NCBI RefSeq assembly: GCF_009914755.1
Contig: NC_060930.1
Source of the DNA: the human T2T-CHM13v2.0 reference genome, Homo sapiens
Direction: 5' to 3' (one strand)
DNA: 64,000 nucleotides
This document shows positions 1 through 16,820 of this stretch, piece by piece. Position numbers and translations under genes: made by a program. Position 1 is the stretch's first letter. Each line of letters opens with the position of its first letter. A model generated the notes under the pieces. The model had not been told where the DNA came from. It was given only the letters and a program-made list of their open reading frames with translations, and ran no database searches.

Positions 1-1690
1 TGCTCTTATTATTTTAACAAACATTAGATTAGTTGAGAATAAGAAAAATAAATGTATTTTCTTTTTGATTACTTATAACTGATGATCTTTTTTGAATATA
101 CATTTATGTATCTGATCAACACCTTTTTTTCCCTAAAAAAGTTTTTTTTTTTTTTTTTAACATTTCTTGCAAGATAGGTCTTTTGGCAAAAAATGTCCTC
201 AATTATTCTCTATTCTAACTTGCTGTTCTCTTTTCTAAGTGAAGGATAATTTTGCAGGGTGTGGAATTCTAAGTTGACATTTTTGTTCTTTCAAAACTTC
301 AAATATTTTACTTTTCTCTCTTCTTGATGGTATGATTTCTGATAAATTAGAAACAATTTTTATCCTTGCTCCTCTATATTTAGTGACCCCTCTTCTACTC
401 AGCCTTTTTTTTAATTATACTTTAAGTTTTAGGGTACATGTGCACAACGTGCAGGTTTGTTACATATGTATACATGTGCCATGCTGGTGCACTGCATCCC
501 TTAACTCGTCATTTAACATTAGGTATATCTCCTAATGCTATCCCTGCCCCCTCCCCCACCCCACAACAGGCCCCAGTGTGTGATGTCCCCCTTCCTGTGT
601 CCATGTGTTCTCATTGTTCAGTTCCCACCTATGAGTGAGAACATGTGGTGTTTGGTTTTTTGTCCTTGCGATAGTTTGCTGACAATGATGGTTTCCAGCT
701 TCATCCATGTCCCTACAAAGGACATGAACTCATCCTTTTTTATGGCTGCATAGTATTCCATGGTGTATATGTGCCACATTTTCTTAATCCAGTCTATCAT
801 TGTTGGACATTTGGGTTGGTTCCAAGTCTTTGCTATTGTGAATAGTGCCACAATAAACATACATGTGCATGTGTCTTTATAGCAGCATGATTTATAGTCC
901 TTTGGGTATATACCCAGTAATGGGATGGCTGGGTCAAATGGTATTTCTAGTTCTAGATCCCTGAGGAATCGCCACACTGTCTTCCACAATTGTTGAACTA
1001 GCTTACAGTCCCACCAACAGTGTAAAAGTGTTCCTATTTCTCCACATCCTCTCCAGCACCTGTTGTTTCCTGACTTTTTAATGATCGCCATTCCAGCTGG
1101 TGTAAGATGGTGTCTCATTGTGGATTTGATTTGCATTTCTCTGATGACCAGTGATGATGAGCATTTTTTCATGTGTCTTTTGGCTGCATAAATGTCTTCT
1201 TTTAAGAAGTGTTATCGTGAAAGTGGCCATGCTGCCCAAGGTAATTTATAGATTCAACGCCATACTCAGCCTTTTTAAAGACTGTTTTCCTTTATCTTTG
1301 ATTTTCTGGAGCTTAAATATTAGAGGCCTAAGTATAGGTTTTGTTTGTTTGTTGTTTTTTGTGATTGGCAAGGGTATTGTATATACCCTCCCTTATTATC
1401 TCTGAACTTCCCAAAACTGCAGTTTTGTGTCTGACATTAATTTAGGAAAATCATCAGATATTATCAGTCATTATTGGTTCAAATATTGCTTCTGTTCATT
1501 TCCTTTTATCTGGTATTTTTATAAATATACCTACATAGATTATACCTTATATAATTTGTTGTCATACCTACTGTCTCAGAGGGCCCATCAAAAATTCTTC
1601 TTTTCTATTACAGAGTTTTTGATCTCTAGCATTTCACTTTGATTCTTAGAATGTTTATTTTTCTGCTTACATTATCCATCCATTTTAAAA
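1..1690 (-). mobile_element. Ancient L1M (ORF1 region) relic, interrupted by a younger L1PA at 405-1262
   Basis: Motifs gaaggataattttgcagggtgtggaattctaagttg, gatttctgataaatt and ttaggaaaatcatcagatatt resemble the antisense of old mammalian L1 ORF1; similarity resumes after 1277. Confidence 0.6.
405..1262 (-). mobile_element. 5'-truncated, 5'-inverted L1PA (L1PA3/4-like) with 14-bp TSD
   Basis: Poly-T, L1 3'UTR and ORF2 C-terminus (ORF 618..1172: CWRGCGE..HCWWDC) on - to 1212. Plus-strand ORF2 piece at 1213-1263 ([17 protein letters not shown]). TSD tactcagccttttt at 396-409 and 1263-1276. Confidence 0.95.
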
Positions 1691-4600
1691 AATGCTGTTT
1701 ACCTTTGCAAATGCAGAATAATTTAACAGAAATTCACAATCAAACAATACAATGAAATTGTATAATATCATACTTTTCCAGCTAAGTAATATAAATTACA
1801 AGACAAGAGAATAGAGCTTTAAATGTTTTTAAGAAAACAACAAATGAAAGTTTTATAATCAACATATTTTGACAAGACGGGCAAAAATTAAAGATACATT
1901 TAGATAAGTAAGAAATGAGGAAATAATCATTCAAAAGGCCCAATTATTAATAAAGAGTTTAAATATATATAAAATTTTGGGTAAGGATAATACATATTGA
2001 TGTTAAATAAAATAATATCTTACAAAATTATAAAATAAACAGAACATTGTTAAAATGAATGAAGTAGTTGTATATAAATAGGAAGGTGGTTAAAATTAAT
2101 GTTCTATTACTATTGTATTTTTCTAAAGATGATAAACACACTTCTAAAATAAAAGAAAGAAGTTATATAATTTAAAAGCTACTAGAGGGAATAAAGGAAT
2201 AAAAAAGACTAATCTAAAAGTGTAATAGTTGGAATAAATGGGACTCTATGTTTAATAGAGGTATGTATGTGCACACTTATGCAAGTGCATGTGTATATGT
2301 ATAACTACAACAAGATTGCAGATAAAATTGTTCAACATGTATCCTTGAGAAAGTATATAAAATGTTAAAGTCCATGACATTGAAGATGAAGAGGCAGTAA
2401 ACTTATGGACTTTGAACAAACACGCAAACTACTAATATTTTTGTGGCACCTGAGATAGAGGGACAGAGTTCTAGGTGGCAAGAAGTAACCATTGTAAGAG
2501 TCCCAGTTCCCCCAAAGCCTATGTGGATGCCCTGACTGCTGAGAGAATGAATAACAAGACACTCCAGTGACTATTTTCAGTATATATGTGTGCTTTGACA
2601 CACTAGTTACAAAAAGCTAGACTAGTATTATTTATAAATTAATTAATATTATGTAAGAAGAAACTGAGGATGGTGTTATTTATAGAGAATATGCACAGAG
2701 ATTAATTTTTTATATCTTACCCAAAATATGAAGACATGAGAAATGACCTGAATATTACACAACAAGGTTTCAAATATAATTAGTTTTTTTCTCATCTGGT
2801 GGTCGTGCTAGTGGTATTGAAACTAAGCCCTTCCCAGAGTTAATAGTAGCCAAATTGTTTGTCCTTTCAAAAAAAAAAAGTTAAATGACTTCATGTAGCT
2901 CTCAAACCTAACATGTTGTGAATTGCTACCAAGTAACAAAAGCATTCTTTCAGGGCAGGTTAAACTTAGGCAAATGTCATTTTAAACTCAAAGTCCAGAA
3001 TGATTTTGCAAAGATGAATTTTCATATTTATAAAATAATTGTATATATTAAACGTTTATGATTATAATTCCAAGGGCATGCCTTATAAGGTAAGAAAAAA
3101 TAAAAAACGAAGTATAACCCAGGTCAGTTACCTCAATAATAATGTCCCATCCTAGCATTTTCTTGATGTGCGAATGCTTAGTGATGGTGTTTGAATTTAT
3201 CATATGCAACCAGTGCAAGTAAAGGCACTTCAGAGGATACTGAACTCTCCTCCTATTTCACCTTCCCTGAGTGGCAGTTTCAATCAGTTTTAAAGTTTTT
3301 GCTATGCTGCTTTTTGTCTTTTCTGTACGTGTTTCACTCAGTGGTTAGTCTTGATATGAACTATGGTTTAAATATCAACTCTATTCTTATATCTGCTTTG
3401 GATCCCTTCCATATATGTGCCACTCAGGGATTAATTTGTTACATGTGTCAGTTTAATTATCAGTTCTGTTCACAATGCCATTTCTATGCTGCTTTGGGTC
3501 CTGTACAAGTGCTCTTTGCTCTCTGTTTTCTCCCACAATCTCTTGCCTATTGGTGCCTTTTTAATGATTTCCTGGCCAGAAAAAAGAAATAAATTTCTAT
3601 TCATTTTAGCCACTTGCTTTTTCTGACATCTTCAAGACTAGATGCCTCCCTGAGGGCAAACCCTCCAGAGAAAACGGGAAAAATAGAAAACTCATGCTTT
3701 GGTAATTTTTCTAAGCCTTGAATCTGTACTACTATTTGATTATTTTGTTTACTCCAGTATTTTTTGAATATTGCATAGAGTTTTTAGTTGTAATTTGTGG
3801 GGAATATAGGCTCTAGATTTATTGCTTTGTGCCAGAAGAGAAACCCTTTCTATAGTCTTCTAAAGAGACAAATTGTTTAAACTCTAAATGTAAAGACAGA
3901 TTTTTGCCAATCACAATGAGACCCACACGTGCATTTTGGAGTGGTAATATGATTTATTTTCAAAGCCTTTCTTATTTCTATAAAGTTCTATGTAGAATAA
4001 TACATTTGTAAGAATTTCATGATAATTTATTCAGATAGCCATAACTATTCTAAGATGCAGCGTCATGCATTTTTTGCCTTTTTTCTATTCTTGCATTTTT
4101 TTATTATTTATTGTATACATTTAATAATTATAACTTCATTTCTGAATTTCACAGGTTCTCACCTATTATATTATTATTTATTTTGCATTATGATGCAAAA
4201 TAGGTAATTGTAAACATAAATTAATTTTATTGGAAACTAAATCACATATTAGATTTTGATATAGTATAATGATTACAGTAAATTTATCATTTTAGTTAAA
4301 TTTAATTTTACTGTTAGATTAGAAAACATAGTTGCAAATTTAAGCTTAAAGACTATTGATCTTTTTAAAATTAATATTAGACATGTTAGTATCATAGAGT
4401 AAACTTAGTTTTACATTTAAGTAGAATTTCAAACAATGAAGGCAATGCTTAGTTGGAGTGATTGGAAATGTGAACAGGCTTTTATTCACATTTTGATTGC
4501 ATCTACTTAGTTGATTGAAAAACTTGAAGAAATAGTATGCTTTTGTACGAATAAATTATTTGTTTTATTGACTATAAGCATTCATAAGTTCATTTATAGG

Positions 4601-4954
4601 AGTTTGTAATTGCAATTTCTTTTTATATTTTATACCATTTAAGTATTAAAATTCTGAGGATAATCAACATAAACCTCAGGTATTTTGGTTCAGTTGTATT
4701 GTTACAAAAATATGTATATCTTGTTAGTTTCATATTTAAATGTTTCCAAAAGAGTGTTATTGCAAGTTAAACAGATTTACTCATCTCAAAATCTTTAAAT
4801 TCACACATTTTTAAAATGAATTATCTTTAACATTTATCTAATGTGAATGAAAATATAGCATTATTGGTTGAAGTCTCCTTTTATTTGAGTGTATCTGTAT
4901 GTTAAGTCTTGCAATTTATTTAAGATTAAAATACATTTGGACTATTTTTTATTA

Positions 4955-5253
4955 GTAATCCCAGCACTTTGGAAGGCCAATGTGGGAGGATCACTTGAGC
5001 CCAGGCATTTGAGACCAGCCTGGCAAACAAAGCAAAATCCCATCTCTACAAACACATTTAAAAATAATTAGCCAGTCATGGTGGTGTGCACCTGAGGTTC
5101 CAGCTGCTTGGGAGGCTGAGATGGAGGACTGATTGATCCCAGGGGTTCCAGGCTGCAGTGAGCTATCATTGTGCCACTGCAGTACTCCAACCTGGATGGC
5201 AGAGAAAGATCCTTTCTCAAAAAAGAAAAGAAAGAAAAGAAAAAAAAAAGAAA
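4955..5253 (+). mobile_element. AluJ-type SINE, slightly 5'-truncated
   Basis: gtaatcccagcactttgg...ggatcacttgagcccagg, A-rich linker, ggctgcagtgagctat, A/GAAA tail. Confidence 0.92.
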
Positions 5254-7178
5254 ATTATCAGAATTATTATACCATCTAAGGATATCATATGTATGATTAC
5301 AAATTCTCAAATACGTAAGAGTCTTATGAATGTCTATGCAATGATATAAGGAGCTGTTACTAGAGTTATATACAGTCTTCAGTGATATATCCAAGTTGAA
5401 ATTGTAGTTTTATAGCAGATGACTTTTATGCCATTATAGTCTGTTATTCTCATGTCTTAGTTATCTATTATCTCTTGTCTTATTGAAGCCAAAGAATATT
5501 CATCATACAACTTATTCAATGGGAAATATCAAACATTGAATGTTATTAATATAAAACAACTAGCCTTACTTTCTTCAATGATTAATAAGATCTATACAAA
5601 TGATTATATACCATTCAGCTGTCTGTGAGATACATCTGTTTATATTAGAAAAACCCATAATATAATTTATATTTCAGTGTAGCATTTGTAAAACTTATGA
5701 TATATATGCTCTCCTGAACGGATATTCTACAAAGCTTGTTTACATTTTTAAGAATCATGATAGGTAAAGCATCTGTTATCTGTCCACAGATTACTCCTAA
5801 TCATTGTCTGCGTTTAAAAATGTGTACCTTTAAAAGCAAATAATATGTTGGCCAGTTAATAATGTCACCTCAAATAAGATCATTTTTTCTCTTTCTATTG
5901 AAATTGCCTTTTCCCAGGTGGTCAATTTCACTTGTCATATGTTATTTTGGAAAATGTACAGGATTTAATAGATGAGGTATATCAAACTAACTACATTAGG
6001 AATATACCAGCTGTCAATATGGCTTCAACCCAATATCATCTTTTGGGAAAAGCAAATTTTAAAACGCAGATAGTATACTATTAGTCTGATAGAATGATAA
6101 TAAGTTCCACCATCTGTTGTACATTTTACAATTAGTTGTGTTTTGTTTTCTCTAAAAATGCACATTTTCCTTGTCATATAAGAAATAAGATATCACGGCA
6201 CATTTATTTGCTGGCAGTGACACACTAGAGCTATCAGTTAAGTTCTGCTACATATTTTCATGATTATCCTGAAAACTAATTATAGATATATGTTCAAATA
6301 TAGTAATCTCATGCCAATTAATGCAATGTAAGTTTTATATGGATTAACATATTTAATCTTTCCAAGCATTACTATGATACAAATAACATAAAAATGGAAT
6401 CAAATAGGCAAATAAATACCAAATATTCAGCTTTAAATTTTATATTTACTAACAGTTTTTTATGACAAATGACTGCTCATGTTTATCATTTAATTTTAAC
6501 TGATTCATTTGCTTATACAATATATAATGTTAAATTAAATATATAAATTATTTTTTAAACTATTTTAAAAAGTCAAAAAAATTCTATCAATTTGCTATAT
6601 AATATAAAAGTTAACTTAATTCTGAATTCCAATTATATTGAAATTACATAGTACACTTTATTCTGATTTTGATAGTTTCAACCATTTCAAAATAAAGGAG
6701 CAGATCATTCAAAATTATTTGATGTGTTTTCTGGAACAAAAGGTTAATTTAAATGTCAACCTAGTTTCAAGGTTAAACTATAAGAAAAGTCTTAAATAAT
6801 TAAGATCTGTGCCACTTCTTACTGACATACCTGTAACTGATAGATAAATTTTAGATGTTTCCACTTAAAGATTGTTTAAACTATATTTCCATTCTTTACT
6901 TTTTACCCGAGTGTAGAGTTTATTGGTACAACTGGTACAATGAAAGCGAATTCACAGATTTTAATTTTTTTTATTATACTTTAAGTTCTAAGATACACAT
7001 GCAGAACGTGCAGGCTTGTTACATAGATATACATGTGCTGCCATGGTGTTTTGCTACACCCATCAACCTGTCATCTACATTAGGTGTTTCTCCTAATGCT
7101 ATCCCTCCCCTTGCCCTCCAACCCCAACAGGCCCTGGTGTGTGATACTCCCCTCCGTGTACCCATATGTTCTCATTGT

Positions 7179-11011
<3,833 letters not shown>

Positions 11012-11074
11012 TATGATGCTAGCTGGTTATTTTACCCATTAGTTGATGGGGTTTCTTCATCGTGTCGATGGCCT

Positions 11075-12092
11075 TTACAATTTGGTATGTTTTTGCAGTG
11101 GCTGGCACCGGTTTTTCCTTTCCATATTTAGTACTTCCTTCAGGAGCTCTTGTAAGGCAGGCCTGATGGTGACAAAATCCCTCAGCATTTGCTTGTCTGT
11201 AAAGGATTTTATTTCTCTTTCACTTATGAAGCTTGGTTTGGTTGGATATGAAATGCTAGGTTGAAAATTATTTTCTTTAAGAATGTTGGATATTGGCACT
11301 AATTCTCCTCTGGCTTGTAAGTGTTCTACAGAGATCCACTGTTAGTCTGGCGTGCTTCCCTTTGTGGGTAACCTGACCTTTTTCTCTGGCTGCTCTTAAC
11401 TTTTTTTCCTTCATTTAAACCTTGGTGAATCTGACGAGTATGTGTCTTGGGGTTGAGGTTCTCGATGAATATCTTTGTGGTTTTCTCGTATTTCCTGAAT
11501 TTGAATGTTGGCCTGTCTTGCTAGGTTGGGGAAATTCTCCTGGATAATATCCTGAAGTGTGTTTTCCAACTTGGTTCCATTCTTCCTGTCACTTTTGGGT
11601 ACACCAATCAAATGTAGTTTGGTCTTCTCACATAGTCCCATATTTCTTGGAGGCTTTGTTTGTTCCTTTTCATTCTCTTGTCTCTAATCTTGTCTTCATG
11701 CTTTATTTTATTACGTTGTTCTTCAATCTCTGATATCCTTTCTTCTGCTTGATCTATTTGGCTATTGATACTTGTGTATGCATCACAAATTTTTTGTGCT
11801 GTGTTTTTCAGCTCCATCAGGTCACTTTTATTCCTCTCTAAACTGGTTATTCTAGTTAGCAGTTCCTGTAACCTTTTATCATGGTTCTTAGCTTCTTTGC
11901 ATTGGGTTAGAACATGCTCCTTTAGCTCGGAGGAGTTTGTTATTACCCACCTTCTGAAGCCTGCTTTTGTCAATTTGTGAAATTCATTCTCCGTCCAGTT
12001 TTGTTTCTTTGCTGGAGAGGAGTTGTAATCATTTGGAGAAGAGGCATTCTGGCTTTTGGAATTTTTGGCCTTTTGGGTTAGTGTTTCCTCAT
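11075..12092 (-). pseudogene. Disrupted L1 ORF1 (RNA-binding chaperone)
   Basis: Fragments SLQEIWDYVRRPN, LIGVPKSDRKNGTKLENTLQDIIQENFPNLARQANIQIQEI and FVTIRPALQELLKE. ATG at 12090-12092 is followed by an early stop. Confidence 0.9.
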
Positions 12093-13363
12093 TTTGGTGG
12101 ATTTATCTACCTTTGGTCTTTGATGTTGGTGACCTTTGTATGGAGTTTTTGCATGTACGTCCTTTTTGTTCATGTTGATGCTATTACTTTCTGTTTGTTA
12201 GTTTTTCTTCTAACAGTCAGGACCCTCTTCTGCAGGTCTGCTGGAGTTCGCTGGAGTTTCACTCGAGACCCTGTTTGCCTAGGTATTACCAGCGGAGGCT
12301 GCAGAACAGCAAAGATTGCTGCCTGCTCCTTACTCTGGAAGCTTCATCCTAGAGGGGCACTGGCTAGATGCCAGCCAGAGCTCTCCTGTATGAGGCGTCT
12401 GTCAACCCCTGCTAGGAGGTGTCTCCCCATCAGGAGGCACGTGGGTCAGAGGCCCATTTGAGGAGGCAGCCTGTCCCTTAGCAGAACTTGAGTTCTGTGC
12501 TGGGAGAACCACTGTTCTCTTCACAGCCGGCAGGCAGGAAGGTTTAAGTCTGCTGAAGCTGTGCCCAAAGCTGCCCCTTCCCCCAGGTCTCAGTCCCAGG
12601 GAGATGGGAGTTTTATCTATAAGCCCCTGACGGGGGCTGGTGCCTCTTTCAGAGGTGCACTTCCCTGAGAGGAGGAATCTAGAGAGGCAGTCTGGCTACA
12701 GTGGCTTTGCAGCACTGGGATGGGCTCTACTCATTCGGAACTCCCTGAGGGTTTTGTTTACACGGTGAGGGGAAAACCACCTATTCAAGCCTCAGTAATG
12801 ATGGACGCCCCTCCCCACATCAAGCTCAAGGGTCCCAGGTCCGCTTCAGACTGCTGTGTTGGCGGCGAAAATTTTAAGCCCCCTTTCCAGGGGAGTGGAT
12901 GGTTCTCCTGTCTCACTGGGTTTCCAGATGCCACTGGGGTATTTAAAAAAAAAAAACCTACAGCTAGCTTGATGTCAGCCCAAATGGCCACCCAATTTTG
13001 TCCTTGAAAACCAGGGCCCTGGTGGTATAGACACCTGAGGGAACCTCCTGGTCTGTGAGTTTTGAAGATCTTGGGAAATGTGTAGTGTTTGGGCCAGCTA
13101 GCTCTGTCCCTCACAGCACAGTCCCTCAGGGCTTTTCTTGGCTAGGGGAGGGAGTTCACCAACTCTTTGCACTTCTCAGTTGAGGCAATGCCCCATCCTG
13201 CTTCTGTTCGCCCTCTGTGGGCTGCACCCACTGTCTAACCAGTCCCAATGAAATGAAACGGGTACTTCCATTGGAAATGCAGAAATCACCTGCCTTCTCT
13301 GTTGGTCTCACTGGGAACTGCACACAGGAGCTGTTCCTGTTCGGCTCTCTTGCCCAGGAAGCC
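12093..13363 (-). promoter_or_regulatory. L1 5'UTR (internal sense promoter; antisense promoter would fire toward higher coordinates)
   Basis: GC-richer L1 5'UTR upstream of ORF1; many CpGs decayed; activity not shown. Confidence 0.6.
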
Positions 13364-14309
13364 CATAGTGTTTTATTTAATGTTTAATATTATTTGGCGT
13401 AGTTCTGGCAGTTTCAAAAAATACAGATGATCTAAATTTAAATTTTCTGAATTTATATATATTATAAATATGAATGTGTTCTTGAATTATACAATTACTT
13501 TGAATACTTTCGTTAGTTACAAACGTAAATATCTTAAATAAAATTCTAAGGCTTTAGACAGGTAAACGGAAGCAAAAGTATAATTAGATAAAGATTTGTG
13601 TAGTTTCCAGAAATATTGCTTCCTAGTTATAATTATTGCTGATGGCATTTACATTATAACATAAGTAACTCTTAATGCTCACTATTACTAACATCCTATT
13701 CTGTGATACCATCTTAGGGAAAGCCTATCATGCACCAATGGAAATTTTCTCAAATTTGGGGTCATCTTTTGTACCAAATGCACCTAAAGAACAATTATTT
13801 TAAAAAAGCTTTTCTGATTTAACATGTCATTCTTTGTACCTTACTTGAAATAAATATCTGTGTTTTTTTCTAAGGTGATGAAAGGAAACCACAAAACACA
13901 ACTATAAAAATAAGCTATAAGACATCCTACAAGACACATGTCCAAAAATATTTATTCATTGGCCCAGTAAGTCCACATTACAGAATATATTGAGCTTTTA
14001 GAATAATTTTGTCAGAAGTTAGTTTTCAATATTGACTAGATTCTATTAGATAGTTTGGTAGAAAAATAGCATGCATGTGATTTTGCTCTCAAGACTTTGC
14101 TCTGAAGGTGCTTATCTTTATAGAGATTTGAAAAAGTGATACATGAGAGCATGCTATTAAATTACAAGTAATGTATTGATAGTATAAATAAGTAGTTTGA
14201 GAATTAAAGGGGCATAATATGGTTATATCAAGGACAACATCTTAAAAAAGGCCTTGGATGATCATTATGTCTCAGAATAATTGGAAGAAATAATGAGATT
14301 TTACAGACA

Positions 14310-14495
14310 CATCGGGCACCAACTCTGTAACAGGTACTCTTGTCAGCACATTACATGCATCAGCTATTTAATTCACATAGAGGTTTCATGCAGTAGAAAT
14401 TATATCATTTTTACTAATAAACTGAAGTTCAATGAGGTTAGGTTCTTCTAAATCATGCTTAATAACCAGTAGTGCTAGTTTTACATTTCAAAGCT
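14310..14495 (-). mobile_element. MIR relic
   Basis: gcacattacatgcatcagctatttaattcac...cattttactaataaactgaagttcaatgaggtta resembles the MIR core in antisense. Confidence 0.6.
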
Positions 14496-14599
14496 GTTTT
14501 AAAAATTAAATGAAATCATTTATATAAAAGCAATCTATAAATGTATAGTACCATTATTTTGAAAAGCCTGGCAATTCTGTATACAACCTGTTTTAGAAA

Positions 14600-15075
14600 T
14601 TGTGCATGGCTGAGATTTAACCATATTTGAAAGCTAGCAAGTCATCTTTTCAGTTTTATAGATACTGGTAGAAGATATGAGACTCTCAGGTCAGAGACAA
14701 AGGACAGCTTATTATTCACAGCAGTAGCTGAGTAAAATCATTGATTCTTTGAACCTCAGTTCTCATAGTGTTATGCAATAATTGCCAGGTGATACTTACA
14801 CATTCAGTAGAATATGTTACAGGAAAGGAATTGTAAAATTAAGAAACCTTGAGCTTATATATGGGGCTGCTGGAAAACATGGCCAAACTGCTATAGAAGG
14901 AGATATATCTGATTTTCCTGGACATTAAACAAATCTCTTTCAGACAGAGACACTTTCTCTATATTACGTGAATGGTTGTTATAAAACATTATTGAAAAGT
15001 TAATCCAGAGGAAAAAAATCTCCTAATATTCTTATATAGAAATGTGTAGAAATGTGAGGAAAAAAATTGTCTCTA
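14600..15075 (-). mobile_element. ERVL solo LTR, LTR40-like
   Basis: Reverse complement begins agagacaatt...cacatttctacac...ctggattaacttttcaataatgttttataac...tagagaaagtgtctc, matching the recalled LTR40 5' end. Confidence 0.6.
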
Positions 15076-15099
15076 GGCTCCTGTATCTATAATCTTCTT

Positions 15100-15381
15100 C
15101 TTTTTTAAAAAACATGGTCTCACTCCATTGCCAAAGCTGGAGTTCAGTGGTGCAATCATAACTCAATGTAACCTCCAACCCCTAGGTTCAAGGGATCCTC
15201 CCATCTCAGCCTCCTGAATAGCCAGGACTACCACATTTGTCTGTCTTGTTTTTGGTTTTTCATAGAGACAAGGTCTTGCTATATTGCCACAGCTGATCTC
15301 AAACTCCTGGTCTCAACTGATCCTCCCATCTCTGCCTCCCAAAGTTCAGAGAAAACAGGCATGAGCAACTGTGCCTGAACC
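15100..15381 (-). mobile_element. AluJ with 13-bp TSD
   Basis: Alu antisense (ggtctcactc...gatcctccc...gagcaactgtgcctga); TSD ctataatcttctt at 15087-15099 and 15382-15394. Confidence 0.92.
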
Positions 15382-16559
15382 CTATAATCTTCTTTGTTAC
15401 GTAAAAGAGATGAGAAAATGTTAATTAACAGTGTTCTCAGGTAAATAACAGAGGAATCAAAAAGCAAAATAAAATGACAATGAAAATAATCATTGTATAC
15501 TAATAAAATAAAATAATAAATTGTTTAGTATGACAGACCCAATATTTTAAATGTTTAAATGTCCAAAATATTTGCATGGCTAAACTAAGAAAATCATACA
15601 ATCATTTCAATGAATAGTGCTCCATCTGGGCTGGAGTTATTAGAAAATAATATTCGGAATAGCCTGACTCATGGTAGCCTTCCTTGGAAAGGCGAGGGAT
15701 AACAGAATGAGGTCAACTTTGATACAAACAGGACTCTATACCAGGAAGTACAAGGAGATGTAGTTGTGGGACGTCTGGAAAAAAGTAGTTCAGGTCTAAT
15801 AATGGAATGTGAGGTCATGGATCAGTAAGCACACTCGAGTTAAGGTAATTGAACAGCAATCCATTTCTGGACTCCATATCTAGTGACGGTACTTTAAATA
15901 TACAAACACATAAATTTAACATTAATTTAGTGTCTGGGTGGAGATAAATCTTCAAATAGTACAACGTCTTACTAACAATGTGATAAGGAAGGAGACGGCA
16001 GGAATTGGTCTGAGAACAAGGAGTTATGTCCAAGCAAATCAAAAGATGGTTAAAAAAAAACAGTTGAAGAAATAAATTAATCCTTCATTTACTTCCTGTA
16101 ACTTCCCTAATTGTCATGTAGGCAAAATTTTTTACTTTACTTAAATGTCAGAATAACATTCTGCTTGATACATTAGTAAATGTTGGATTTAAAAAGCATT
16201 TTGTGGAAAGAATTAAAGTGAGGTAGAGAGAGTAATTTGGATATGAAATTATTTTTAAAATTTTTCCTTGATTTAGAGACAATATATAATCAAGCCCATA
16301 TTTGCCTCTATTCTCCTAGATATTATGACTTTCAACTTATAAAATATTTAAAGGAGTTAGAATTCAGGGTTGTGGCATAAAGAAGCAAACCACATTTAAT
16401 AATCCCAATCAACAATGTGCTAATGAAAAACTATAAATAAAACATGTATTTCAGTTAAAGAGAGTGAAGCACCAACAATTGACAAAAAAGTTAAAAATCT
16501 AACAATTAAAAAATAAGTTCATTCTCACTATTTATAATAGAAACTGAATTTTAATAAGT

Positions 16560-16765
16560 GCTTTATAAAACCATTACAAAGTTTAAAATAAAAGTTTTTG
16601 TGAGGGTACAATGGAAAAAAATGTATTCTCATAGACCACTAGTGGAAATGTAAACTCATGCCAACTATCTGGAAGTAAATTTGTAAAGTCAATATATATT
16701 TACTGCCTTGAATAGGCTCATACTTTGTGAATAAGTATTCATTGTCCCAGAATTTATACTCATAT
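16560..16765 (+). mobile_element. Old L1M 3' fragment
   Basis: ttgtgagggtacaatgg...ctcatagaccactagtggaaatgtaaact...tctggaagtaaatttg resembles the L1M ORF2 end. Confidence 0.45.
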
Positions 16766-16820
16766 ACTCAAGCATTCTCAGTAAGTTCCTAAGCAGAAGG
16801 TTTTAATCATGTGGAACAGA

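Noticed and set aside
618-1172. 184-aa ORF with a Cys-rich motif
   Set aside because: L1 ORF2 C-terminus within a truncated insertion; no promoter or independent gene evidence.
6950-6975. TSD for the full-length L1 (cacagattttaattt versus catagtgttttattt at ~13364)
   Set aside because: Too degenerate and AT-rich to assert.
11967-13114. ORFs in the L1 5'UTR (possible ORF0-like products)
   Set aside because: Generic translations of a decayed L1 5'UTR; I could not identify an intact ORF0.
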